Below, piece after piece: positions 10,088 through 18,929 of a stretch of DNA of 64,000 nucleotides. The stretch is taken from assembly GCA_905201705.1 (NCBI GenBank), contig CAJKOX010000007.1, positions 62,866 to 126,865 on the forward strand, in the 5' to 3' direction. The DNA comes from an uncultured Marvinbryantia sp. Lineage in GTDB: Bacteria > Bacillota > Clostridia > Lachnospirales > Lachnospiraceae. Position 1 is the first letter of the stretch; the number at the start of each line of letters is the position of its first letter. The position numbers and the translations under genes were made by a program. Under the pieces are notes generated by a model. The model searched no databases, was not told the DNA's origin, and was given only the letters and a program-made list of their open reading frames with translations.

Positions 10088-10939
10088 ATGTCTGAGAAAA
10101 TGAAATCGAGAAGCGGAAATCGCCTCGTCCGGCTCATCATCACGGTATTTCTGGTCTTATGGGCTGCTCTGCAGATTTATCCTCTTATATGGCTGGTGTT
10201 TTTTTCATTTAAGAGTAATGAAGAAATCTTCGGAGGAAATATCGCAGGACCACCACTGGTCTGGAAAGTTGAAAATTATTCAAATGCATTGATGAGTGGG
10301 AATGTGTTCCGGTATTTGTTTAATAGTATATGGGTTTCCCTGGTGGTAGTTGCGGTGACGACGGTACTGGTTGCCACATCTGCATATGCCCTCAGCAGAA
10401 TGCGCTGGAAATTGAAGAAACCGGTGTACTGGATCTTCATATCCGGTATGACCATTCCGGTTCATGCCACGCTGCTGCCGTTGTTTTTGATATTCCGAAG
10501 TCTGCATTTTGTCAATACTCCGATGGCGATCCTGCTTCCTTATACGGTATTTGCACTTCCCACCGGAATCATGATCCTCACGAATGCGTATGCTACGCTT
10601 CCGATTGAAATGGAGGAATCGGCGTGCATTGACGGGTGCAATGTCTATCAGATGTTCTGGAAGATCATGTTCCCTCTTGTAAAGCCTACGTTAGCAGCGA
10701 TTGCGATGTTCACGTTTTTGTCTTCGTGGAACGAGCTGATGTTTGCCATGACATTTATCAGCGATCCGAAATGGAAAACGCTGACAGTGGGGCTGCAGAG
10801 TCTGTCCGGAATGTTCTACACGGAGTGGGGACCGATCGGGGCAGGAATGGTAGTTGCAACAGGTCCTGTTTTGCTGATTTATCTTCTTTTGAGTAAACAA
10901 GTACAGAATGCACTCGTGATGGGTGCAGTGAAAGGATAA
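10088..10939 (+). CDS. Carbohydrate ABC transporter permease
   Basis: EESACIDGC EAA loop, FLSSWNE, terminal GAVKG. Confidence 0.92.
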   Translation: MSEKMKSRSGNRLVRLIITVFLVLWAALQIYPLIWLVFFSFKSNEEIFGGNIAGPPLVWKVENYSNALMSGNVFRYLFNSIWVSLVVVAVTTVLVATSAYALSRMRWKLKKPVYWIFISGMTIPVHATLLPLFLIFRSLHFVNTPMAILLPYTVFALPTGIMILTNAYATLPIEMEESACIDGCNVYQMFWKIMFPLVKPTLAAIAMFTFLSSWNELMFAMTFISDPKWKTLTVGLQSLSGMFYTEWGPIGAGMVVATGPVLLIYLLLSKQVQNALVMGAVKG

Positions 10940-10944
10940 TTGCT

Positions 10945-12033
10945 ATGAAATTGAGAATTGGTATCATTGGATGCGGAGGAATTGCGACAGGCAAACATCT
11001 CCTGGCGCTGAAGGATCTGGGCGATCTGTGCGAGGTTACGGCGTTTTGCGATGGCTTTGCAGAAAGAGCCACGGCGGCAGCTCAAACGTATGGTACAAAG
11101 GATGCCCGGGTGTATACGGATTATCATGAGCTTCTGGCGGATCCCAATGTGGATGTGGCTTATGTCCTCACACCGAATATCAGCCATAGCACCATCGCAG
11201 TGGATGCTTTCCATGCAGGAAAACATGTGATGTGTGAGAAGCCAATGGCTGTAAATACTGTGGAAGCACAGAAGATGATGGATGCGTGGAAGGCTTCTGG
11301 AAAGCATTTCTCTATCGGCTATCAGAATCGTTTCCGGGCAGATGTACAGCATCTGTACAAATCCTGCCGGAGCGGCGATCTGGGAGAAATCTATTATGCA
11401 AAGGCATATGCTGTAAGGAGAAGAGGCGTTCCTACCTGGGGCAGTTTTATCCAGGGAAGCCAGCAGGGCGGAGGACCGCTGATCGATATCGGAACCCATT
11501 CGCTGGATCTGGCGCTGTGGCTGATGGATAATTATGAAGTAGAATCTGTTACCGGAACAGTATTTCACAAGCTGGGGAGACTCCCGGAGGCCATGGATGG
11601 CAATATGTGGGGAGACTGGGACACCGGAAAATATGATGTGGAAGATGCGGCAGTGGGCTATATCAGGATGAAGAACGGCGCACTTCTCACACTGGAATCC
11701 AGTTGGGCACTGAATACGCTGGATGTGCGGGAGGCAGAAGTGACTCTCTGCGGTACCAAAGCAGGAGCAGATCTGAGAAACCAGTCGCAGGTAGTTTATA
11801 ACCGGGGAACCCATGGAAGACTGATGGAAGAAACCTTCACGCCGGGCAGCGAACCCTGGGATTTCTTTGGGGCACGGAACGACGCTCCGTATCTGGAGGC
11901 GAAGGAGTGGCTTACCTCTATTATTGAGGACAGGGATTCTATTGTAAAGCCGGAGCAGGCTTTTGTAGTGACTCAGATTCTGGATGCGATCTATGAATCT
12001 GCAAGAAAAAATGAGACTGTATGGTTTGACTGA
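10945..12033 (+). CDS. Gfo/Idh/MocA-family NAD(P)-dependent oxidoreductase
   Basis: IGIIGCGGIA, GKHVMCEKPMA, GGGPLIDIGTHSLD. Confidence 0.92.
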   Translation: MKLRIGIIGCGGIATGKHLLALKDLGDLCEVTAFCDGFAERATAAAQTYGTKDARVYTDYHELLADPNVDVAYVLTPNISHSTIAVDAFHAGKHVMCEKPMAVNTVEAQKMMDAWKASGKHFSIGYQNRFRADVQHLYKSCRSGDLGEIYYAKAYAVRRRGVPTWGSFIQGSQQGGGPLIDIGTHSLDLALWLMDNYEVESVTGTVFHKLGRLPEAMDGNMWGDWDTGKYDVEDAAVGYIRMKNGALLTLESSWALNTLDVREAEVTLCGTKAGADLRNQSQVVYNRGTHGRLMEETFTPGSEPWDFFGARNDAPYLEAKEWLTSIIEDRDSIVKPEQAFVVTQILDAIYESARKNETVWFD

Positions 12034-12117
12034 GCCTTGGGCTTACTGACCCGGGCAGAAACCGGGATACCGGATACAGTCCGTTCTATGCTGTGGTTAT
12101 GCGATCTGAAAGTAAAG

Positions 12118-12160
12118 CAGAGCAGAGGAGTTTATTAGAATTCATCTGCTCTGTTTTTTT
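12118..12160 (+). terminator. Rho-independent terminator ending the first sugar locus
   Basis: CAGAGCAGA...TCTGCTCTG followed by T7. Confidence 0.7.
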
Positions 12161-12329
12161 ATAATTTATATTACGTTTATGGGGATACTAGCAGAAGGTG
12201 CTTTCAGGCTGGCGATTACAATGTCGATTCCTGTCAGAAATCGACGCACGGAAATACTTGCCATCTTGTCGTATTTTGTGCTAAACTGTTTCATATTAAA
12301 AGATTATCAGTTTTTAGGAGGATAAATAG

Positions 12330-13427
12330 ATGAAACTTGGAATCGTGGGGCTTCCGAATGTCGGAAAGAGTACCCTGTTTAATTCCCTTACAAAAGCGGG
12401 TGCAGAATCGGCGAATTACCCGTTCTGCACAATTGATCCCAATGTGGGTGTAGTAGCGGTGCCGGATGAGCGCCTGCAGAAACTGGCGGCGCTTTACAAT
12501 TCCGTAAAGGTGACCCCGGCAGTGATTGAATTTGTCGATATTGCCGGTCTGGTAAAAGGCGCGTCCAAAGGAGAAGGTCTTGGAAACCAGTTCCTGGCAA
12601 ATATCCGTGAGGTGGACGCTATTGTTCATGTAGTGCGCTGTTTTGAAGACACCAATGTTATTCATGTGGACGGCAGCGTCAATCCGGTGCGCGACATCGA
12701 GACCATAAATCTGGAGCTGATCTTCTCAGACATCGAGATCCTGGAGCGCCGGATCGCCAAAACCTCCAAGGGCGCCAGAAACGACAAAGCGCAGGCGAAG
12801 GAGCTGGAGCTTTTGAAGCGTCTGAAAGAGCACCTGGAGGAAGGAAAGCTTGCCATCACCTTTACCACTGATGACGAGGATGAACAGGAATGGCTGTCCG
12901 GCTACAATCTGCTCACTGGCAAGCCGGTTATTTTTGCGGCAAATGTGGCGGAGGATGATCTGGCGGATGACGGCGCCTCCAACAAATATGTGCAGGCAGT
13001 GCGGGAACTTGCAAAAGAGCAGGGCAGCGAGGTGTTTGTGATCTGTGCGCAAATTGAGCAGGAGATAGCGGAGCTGGAGGAGGACGAGAAGAGAATGTTC
13101 CTGGAGGATCTGGGAATTGCCCAGTCCGGTCTGGAAAAACTGATCCAGGCAAGCTACCGCATTCTCGGGCTGATCAGCTACCTCACCTCCGGGGAGCCGG
13201 AGACGCGCGCGTGGACGATCAAGGTCGGCACGAAAGCGCCGCAGGCGGCCGGAAAGATACATTCTGATTTTGAACGCGGCTTTATCCGCGCGGAAGTTGT
13301 AAATTATCAGGATCTTCTGGATTGCGGCAGCATTGCTGCGGCAAAGGAAAAGGGTCTGGTGGGACTGGAAGGAAAAGATTATGTGGTGAAGGATGGAGAC
13401 GTGATTCTCTTCCGCTTCAATGTGTAA
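12330..13427 (+). CDS. ychF: Redox-regulated ATPase YchF (Obg family)
   Basis: [47 protein letters not shown]-terminal [10 protein letters not shown]. Confidence 0.97.
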   Translation: MKLGIVGLPNVGKSTLFNSLTKAGAESANYPFCTIDPNVGVVAVPDERLQKLAALYNSVKVTPAVIEFVDIAGLVKGASKGEGLGNQFLANIREVDAIVHVVRCFEDTNVIHVDGSVNPVRDIETINLELIFSDIEILERRIAKTSKGARNDKAQAKELELLKRLKEHLEEGKLAITFTTDDEDEQEWLSGYNLLTGKPVIFAANVAEDDLADDGASNKYVQAVRELAKEQGSEVFVICAQIEQEIAELEEDEKRMFLEDLGIAQSGLEKLIQASYRILGLISYLTSGEPETRAWTIKVGTKAPQAAGKIHSDFERGFIRAEVVNYQDLLDCGSIAAAKEKGLVGLEGKDYVVKDGDVILFRFNV

Positions 13428-13460
13428 GCGGTCCCTCACCGGAAAATGGAGTGATGAATT

Positions 13461-14330
13461 TTGAGTGAACGGACGATTCTTTTTCCGAATCTGGGACTTA
13501 CATTCAGGAATGTAGGAAAAACGATTGATATTTTCGGATTTGAAATCGCGTACTATGGAATCATCATTGCCCTTGCGATGGCGTGCGGTATCGCACTGCT
13601 GCTGCATGTGGCAAAAAAGACGGGGCAGGACGACGATCAGTATTTTGACGTCAGTCTGATCGCGATCGTCATTGCGCTTCTTGGCGCAAGGATTTACTAT
13701 GTAGTATTTTCCTGGGAATACTATAAAGACAATCTCCGGGAGATTTTAAATTTCCGGGGAGGCGGACTGGCGATTTACGGGGGCGTGATTGCAGGAGCGC
13801 TCACCGTGTGGGTTTACACACGGGTAAAGAAGAAAAACTTCGGTCAGTTTGCCGATACCATCTGTGTCGGACTTGTCTTAGGGCAGCTTATCGGCAGATG
13901 GGGCAATTTTTTCAACCGCGAGGCATTCGGAGGCTATACGGACAACCTGCTGGCGATGGCACTCCCGAAGGAAGCGGTGCGCGCGGGCGAGATCACGCAG
14001 GAAATGCTGGAGCATATACAGGTCATTGACGGAGTGGAATTTATACAGGTTCATCCTACCTTTTTGTATGAATCTCTCTGGAATCTGGCTCTGCTCATTT
14101 TTCTGCTGTGGTTTACCAGCCGGAAACATTTTCACGGTGAAGTGTTTTTGCTTTACCTCACAGGCTACGGCATTGGACGGGCGTGGATCGAGGGACTGCG
14201 GACGGATCAGCTTCTGCTGCCGGGAATCAATATCCCGGTTTCACAGGCATTATCTATCCTGCTTGTAATTGTCTCGGTGCTCATCATTGCCGTTCGGAGA
14301 AGAAGAGAAAGGAACCAGAAAGCAAGATGA
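13461..14330 (+). CDS. lgt: Prolipoprotein diacylglyceryl transferase
   Basis: GARIYYV, GGLAIYGG, GRWGNFFNRE, HPTFLYES. Confidence 0.95.
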   Translation: MSERTILFPNLGLTFRNVGKTIDIFGFEIAYYGIIIALAMACGIALLLHVAKKTGQDDDQYFDVSLIAIVIALLGARIYYVVFSWEYYKDNLREILNFRGGGLAIYGGVIAGALTVWVYTRVKKKNFGQFADTICVGLVLGQLIGRWGNFFNREAFGGYTDNLLAMALPKEAVRAGEITQEMLEHIQVIDGVEFIQVHPTFLYESLWNLALLIFLLWFTSRKHFHGEVFLLYLTGYGIGRAWIEGLRTDQLLLPGINIPVSQALSILLVIVSVLIIAVRRRRERNQKAR

Positions 14331-14482
14331 ATCAAATCGAAAATCTGAAAGTACAGATCGAAAAGGAACGCCGGAAACTGGAGGAAATGCTCAGTACCAT
14401 GACATTGACCATGGAGGATGTGCTGATGCAGAGCAGAAAACTGGACGGACTGATGGAGGAATATATCAGTCTTACCAACTAA
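14327..14482 (+). CDS. Spo0E-family (aspartyl-phosphate phosphatase-like) small protein, 51 aa
   Basis: MNQIENLKVQIEKERRKLEEM...DVLMQSRKLDGLMEEY with an SxxLD motif; ATGA overlap with the lgt stop. Confidence 0.7.
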   Translation: MNQIENLKVQIEKERRKLEEMLSTMTLTMEDVLMQSRKLDGLMEEYISLTN

Positions 14483-14525
14483 CACAAGATAATGTGCGCG
14501 AGTTTGCACCAAACGCAACATATGG

Positions 14526-14555
14526 AAAAGTACCCGAAAGAGGGTACTTTTTTTT
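14526..14555 (+). terminator. Rho-independent terminator
   Basis: AAAAGTACCC-GAAAGA-GGGTACTTTT plus T tract. Confidence 0.85.
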
Positions 14556-14653
14556 GTTGCCATGCATCCACAGGAAGCTGCCGGCGGCAGGTCCTGCAGG
14601 TGCACAAAGCGTGTTCTGTTATGTGACTAAAAATAAAAAAACGAAAAAAACAC

Positions 14654-14726
14654 TTGTCATTTCCCTGAAACTGGTCTATTATTAATGTGTAAGTGGAGAG
14701 AAGTGGTGGATTGTGGTACAAAATGG
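14654..14726 (+). promoter_or_regulatory. dcw promoter with MraZ-binding repeats
   Basis: TTGTCA-17-TATTAT (14654-14682), then GTGG at 14693, 14703, 14713 and ATGG at 14723 (10-bp period, as known for MraZ boxes). Confidence 0.8.
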
Positions 14727-14789
14727 GAGGAAAATCCCAGCAATCCCCATCCGCATCAGAGGGATGCGGTACGAAAGCAGGTGTGTCAT

Positions 14790-15221
14790 ATGTTCATGGG
14801 AGAATACAATCATGCGATAGACACCAAAGGCAGGCTGATCATCCCCTCCAAATTCAGAGAAGAGCTTGGAGAAGAATTTGTGGTTACAAAGGGATTGGAT
14901 GGCTGTCTGTTTGTATTTCCCAACGATGCATGGCACGAATTTGAGGAAAAGCTTCGTGCGCTTCCGCTTACGAATAAGAGCGCAAGACAATTTTCACGTT
15001 TCTTTGTGGCGGGCGCCACGCCGTGCGAGCTGGACAAGCAGGGGAGAATTCTTCTACCGGGAACGCTTAGGGAATTTGCTGGTCTGGAGAAAGACGTGGT
15101 ACTGACCGGGATGCTCAACCGGATTGAAATCTGGAGCAAGGAAAAATGGAGCGAGAACAATTCATACGACGATATGGATGAGATCGCGGAACAGATGTCA
15201 GATATTGGGCTTGTCATATAG
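14790..15221 (+). CDS. mraZ: Division/cell wall cluster transcriptional repressor MraZ
   Basis: MFMGEYNHAIDTKGRLIIPSKFR and ELDKQGRI; 143 aa from ATG 14790. Confidence 0.97.
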   Translation: MFMGEYNHAIDTKGRLIIPSKFREELGEEFVVTKGLDGCLFVFPNDAWHEFEEKLRALPLTNKSARQFSRFFVAGATPCELDKQGRILLPGTLREFAGLEKDVVLTGMLNRIEIWSKEKWSENNSYDDMDEIAEQMSDIGLVI

Positions 15222-15236
15222 CCTGGGGAGGACTGT

Positions 15237-16175
15237 ATGGAATTTAAGCATACTTCTGTACTTCTGGAAGAGACCATAGATGCTCTGAATATCAACCCGG
15301 ATGGGATCTATGTGGACGGTACTTTGGGCGGCGGCGGACATTCTTATGAAATCTGCAAAAGATTGTCCGGCAAAGGACGGCTGATCGGCATCGATCAGGA
15401 TGCGGCGGCGATCGCGGCGGCATCGGAGCGCTTAGGGGAGTTTAAAGATAAAGTAACGATCATCCGCAGCAATTACTGTGAGATGAAGGAAAAACTGGCT
15501 GGCATAGGAGTGACAGGCACAGATGGAATTATTTTGGACCTTGGTGTTTCCTCCTACCAACTGGACACGGCAGACCGCGGCTTTACCTACCGGGAGGACG
15601 CTCCGCTCGATATGAGGATGGATCAGCGTCAGACGCGCACGGCGAGGGATATTGTGAATGAGTACAGCGAGATGGAGCTTTACCGCATCATCCGTGATTA
15701 CGGGGAGGACAGGTTCGCAAAGAATATCGCGAAGCATATCGTGCTGGCACGGCAGGAGAAACCACTGGAAACAACTGGGGAGTTAATTCATGTGATAAAA
15801 GCGGCGATACCGATGAAAGTCCGAGCGGTTGGAGGACACCCGGCTAAAAAGACATTCCAGGCAATCAGGATCGAGTTGAATAATGAACTGGGAGTTCTGT
15901 CAGATTCACTGGATGATATGATAGAGCTTTTAAACGATAAGGGACGCATTTGCATCATTACCTTTCATTCGCTGGAGGATCGTATTGTAAAGAACGGCTT
16001 CCGAAGGAATGAAAATCCCTGCATTTGTCCGAAAGAATTTCCGGTGTGCGTATGCGGCAGAGAGCCGAAGGGGAGCGTGATCACCAGAAAACCGATTCTT
16101 CCGGGTGAGGAGGAAATAAAAGTAAACAGCCGGGCGAAGAGCGCAAAGCTGCGCGTCTTTGAACGGAAAAAGTAG
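15237..16175 (+). CDS. rsmH: 16S rRNA m4C1402 methyltransferase
   Basis: [46 protein letters not shown]. Confidence 0.97.
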   Translation: MEFKHTSVLLEETIDALNINPDGIYVDGTLGGGGHSYEICKRLSGKGRLIGIDQDAAAIAAASERLGEFKDKVTIIRSNYCEMKEKLAGIGVTGTDGIILDLGVSSYQLDTADRGFTYREDAPLDMRMDQRQTRTARDIVNEYSEMELYRIIRDYGEDRFAKNIAKHIVLARQEKPLETTGELIHVIKAAIPMKVRAVGGHPAKKTFQAIRIELNNELGVLSDSLDDMIELLNDKGRICIITFHSLEDRIVKNGFRRNENPCICPKEFPVCVCGREPKGSVITRKPILPGEEEIKVNSRAKSAKLRVFERKK

Positions 16176-16186
16176 GAGGAGATCTT

Positions 16187-16696
16187 ATGGCTGCACCGCG
16201 CAGAACGGCAGACCGGACACAGGCATCGCGCCAGAGCACCGGCCGCCGCTACACAACTACATATATTGACGGCAACGTGGTGCGCCACATCCAGACGGAT
16301 CCGCAGCGTGAGCGTCAGCAGCGCGCGCGCAGATCGCAGGCGGTAAATACCCGCAGAAACAGGCAAAAGGCTCTGAATATGACGATGCCGTATGTGATGT
16401 TCCTTACTGCGGCGGCGATCGCGACCGTATTTCTTTGCGTGCAGTATCTGCAGCTGCAGGCGCTCGGCACCAGCTACCGCGGTGATATCGCGGCGCTGGA
16501 GAGTACCCTCAGCGAGGCAAAGCTTGCGAACGACAGCGCATACGAAGAGGCGATCTCGTCCGTAAGTATGGAGCAGATCAAGGAAGTTGCCGTAAATGAG
16601 CTTGGCATGGTTTATGCGGACGAGGGGCAGGTAATCGTCTACAGCAGCCAGAAGGAAGATTATATCCGGCAGTATGAAGAGATTCCGCAGGAATAG
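16187..16696 (+). CDS. FtsL-like cell division protein
   Basis: Position after rsmH; basic N-terminus, one TM, coiled coil, AVNELGMVY motif. Confidence 0.7.
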   Translation: MAAPRRTADRTQASRQSTGRRYTTTYIDGNVVRHIQTDPQRERQQRARRSQAVNTRRNRQKALNMTMPYVMFLTAAAIATVFLCVQYLQLQALGTSYRGDIAALESTLSEAKLANDSAYEEAISSVSMEQIKEVAVNELGMVYADEGQVIVYSSQKEDYIRQYEEIPQE

Positions 16697-16725
16697 ATGC
16701 TGCATATACAGTAAAGGGTGAGCAG

Positions 16726-18870
16726 ATGGCAGCAAGAAAAAAAAGAGAACAAAGGTTTACGAAAGAAATGCAAATAAAGCTTTTGGCGATATTTGCATTC
16801 GTTTTATTATTGCTTGTTATTTTAAATTTACTTATCGCTTATATCAATGCAAAGAGCGGAGAGCAGTACGCAAAGGTTGTACTGTCGCAGCAGACGTACG
16901 ACAGTAAGACCATCCCATACCGCAGGGGAGAGATCCTCGACCGCAATGGAAATATTCTGGCAAAGAGCGATAAGGTATATAATGTAGTGCTGGACTGCAA
17001 GGTGATCAACAGCTCGGACGACTACATCGAGCCGACCATCCGGGCGATCACGAGTGTGTTCGGGCTGGATGAGGCGGAGGTGCGGAACCGCATTTCGAGC
17101 GAGGAGACGAAAAACAGTCAGTATCAGATCGTAAAATACGGCATTTCGCTGGAGGAAAAGCAGGCGTATGACGATTACACCGATCTTTCCGAGGAGCGCA
17201 GCCTCACACAGGCGCAGCGGACGGAGCTTGAAAACGTGCAGGGCATCTGGTTTGAGGAGGATTATGTGCGGTCCTATCCGATGAACAACGTCGCCTGCAC
17301 GGTGCTGGGCTTTGCAAACTCCTTAAACGACGGTATTTTCGGCCTGGAGGCGTACTATGACGAGATTTTAAACGGCGTGGACGGCAGGGAATACGGCTAT
17401 CTGAATTCCGATCGGGAGCTGCAGGAAAACATTATTGAGCCGGAAAACGGACACAATGTCGTATCGACGATCGACGTCAACATCCAGCAGGTTGTGGAAA
17501 AATATATCGCGCAGTTTGAGGAGGAAAATAAAAACGGACCCTGGGAGGAGACGCAGGGACATGCCAGCAAGCACACCGGCGTGATCGTGGCGGATCCGAA
17601 GACCGGGGAGATCCTTGCGATGGCGACAGATAAAACGTTCGATTTAAATGACCCACAGAATCTGTCGGGCTGGTACTCGGAAAAGGATCTGGAGGCGATG
17701 ACGGACGAGGAGAAGTCCGAGGCGCTGAACGAGATGTGGTACAACTTCTGTGTTTCCGAGGCGTTCGAGCTTGGCTCCACCTACAAGCCGATCGTGGTGG
17801 CGTCGGCGCTCGACAGCGGCAGTATCACAACGAACTTCGGCGTTACCTGCAACGGCTATCTGCAGCCGGTGACGGAGGAGGATCCGATCAACTGTACCGG
17901 CATTCACGGGGAGGAGACGCTGGGGGATGTGCTGAAAAACTCCTGCAACCCCGGTATGATGACGATCGGTATGGACATGGGCGTGGATGTCTTCTGTAAA
18001 TATCAGGATATTTTTGGCTTTGGAAAACGTACCGGCATCGACCTGCCGAATGAAAATTCCGGCGCGCTGCACGGGGTCAATAAAATGGGGATCATGGAGC
18101 TGAGTACCTGTTCCTTTGGACAGGGCTTTACGGCGACGATGATCCAGGAACTGGCAGCGTTCTGCGCAGTAGTGAACGGCGGCTACTATTATAAGCCGCA
18201 TGTGGCGAAGCAGATTCTTGATGAGAACAACAGCGTAGTTTCCAATATTGAGCCGCTGCTGATCTCACAGCCGGTATCCACGAAAACTTCCTATCAGCTG
18301 CGGGATTACCTGGAGATGGTAGTCACAGAGGGCACCGCGACGGACGCACAGATCGCAGGCTATGATATCGGCGGAAAAACCGGAACGGCGGAAAAAATTC
18401 CGCGTGGAAACGGAAAATACATTATTTCCTATATCGCGGCGGCGCCGATCGACGATCCGCAGGTGGTTGTCTACGCGGTGATCGACGAACCGAACATCGA
18501 GAACCAGGAGGACGGGTCCTACACGAAGAATCTTGTGAAAAGTATCATGCAGGAAATTCTGCCGTACATGGGCATCTATCCCACCGGGGAGCTTACGGAG
18601 GAGGAACAGCAGAACCTCGGTATGCAGGTCGACAGAGAGCCGGAGACCGAGATGGTGGCGCAGTACGTGTATGACGAGTGGGGCAATATAATGTATGATG
18701 AGACGACCTGGGAGCCGCTCACCGAGCTGGTTCCTGTGGAAGTGACAGAAAGCGAGTACGAGGCGGACAACGTATACGGAAACGTAGCGCCGCCCACGCA
18801 GTCAGACGACGGCACCGTGGACGAAAACCAGGCGGACGCCGCAAATCCGGAGGAATATATCTACGAGTAA
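16726..18870 (+). CDS. Class B penicillin-binding protein (FtsI-like)
   Basis: RGEILDRNG, GLEAYYD, STYK, SCN and KTG motifs; acidic C-terminal tail. Confidence 0.9.
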   Translation: MAARKKREQRFTKEMQIKLLAIFAFVLLLLVILNLLIAYINAKSGEQYAKVVLSQQTYDSKTIPYRRGEILDRNGNILAKSDKVYNVVLDCKVINSSDDYIEPTIRAITSVFGLDEAEVRNRISSEETKNSQYQIVKYGISLEEKQAYDDYTDLSEERSLTQAQRTELENVQGIWFEEDYVRSYPMNNVACTVLGFANSLNDGIFGLEAYYDEILNGVDGREYGYLNSDRELQENIIEPENGHNVVSTIDVNIQQVVEKYIAQFEEENKNGPWEETQGHASKHTGVIVADPKTGEILAMATDKTFDLNDPQNLSGWYSEKDLEAMTDEEKSEALNEMWYNFCVSEAFELGSTYKPIVVASALDSGSITTNFGVTCNGYLQPVTEEDPINCTGIHGEETLGDVLKNSCNPGMMTIGMDMGVDVFCKYQDIFGFGKRTGIDLPNENSGALHGVNKMGIMELSTCSFGQGFTATMIQELAAFCAVVNGGYYYKPHVAKQILDENNSVVSNIEPLLISQPVSTKTSYQLRDYLEMVVTEGTATDAQIAGYDIGGKTGTAEKIPRGNGKYIISYIAAAPIDDPQVVVYAVIDEPNIENQEDGSYTKNLVKSIMQEILPYMGIYPTGELTEEEQQNLGMQVDREPETEMVAQYVYDEWGNIMYDETTWEPLTELVPVEVTESEYEADNVYGNVAPPTQSDDGTVDENQADAANPEEYIYE

Positions 18871-18871
18871 A

Positions 18872-18926
18872 CATAACTCTGCAGAAGGATTCATAAACTA
18901 CAGTGAATACCTTCTGCGGAGTTTTT
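18872..18926 (+). promoter_or_regulatory. Terminator hairpin overlapping a sigmaE-like promoter for spoVD
   Basis: Stem CTCTGCAGAAGG-ATTCA / TGAAT-A-CCTTCTGCGGAG plus T5; ATA-16 bp-CATAAACT (-10 at 18892-18899). Confidence 0.6.
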
Positions 18927-18929
18927 GTT

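Noticed and set aside
14685..14789. N-terminal extension of MraZ in the ORF track (similar extensions for hprK, murA, murD, the 49285 SBP and DUF3825)
   Set aside because: Downstream starts have RBSs and give family-typical N-termini; the extensions overlap promoters or upstream genes.
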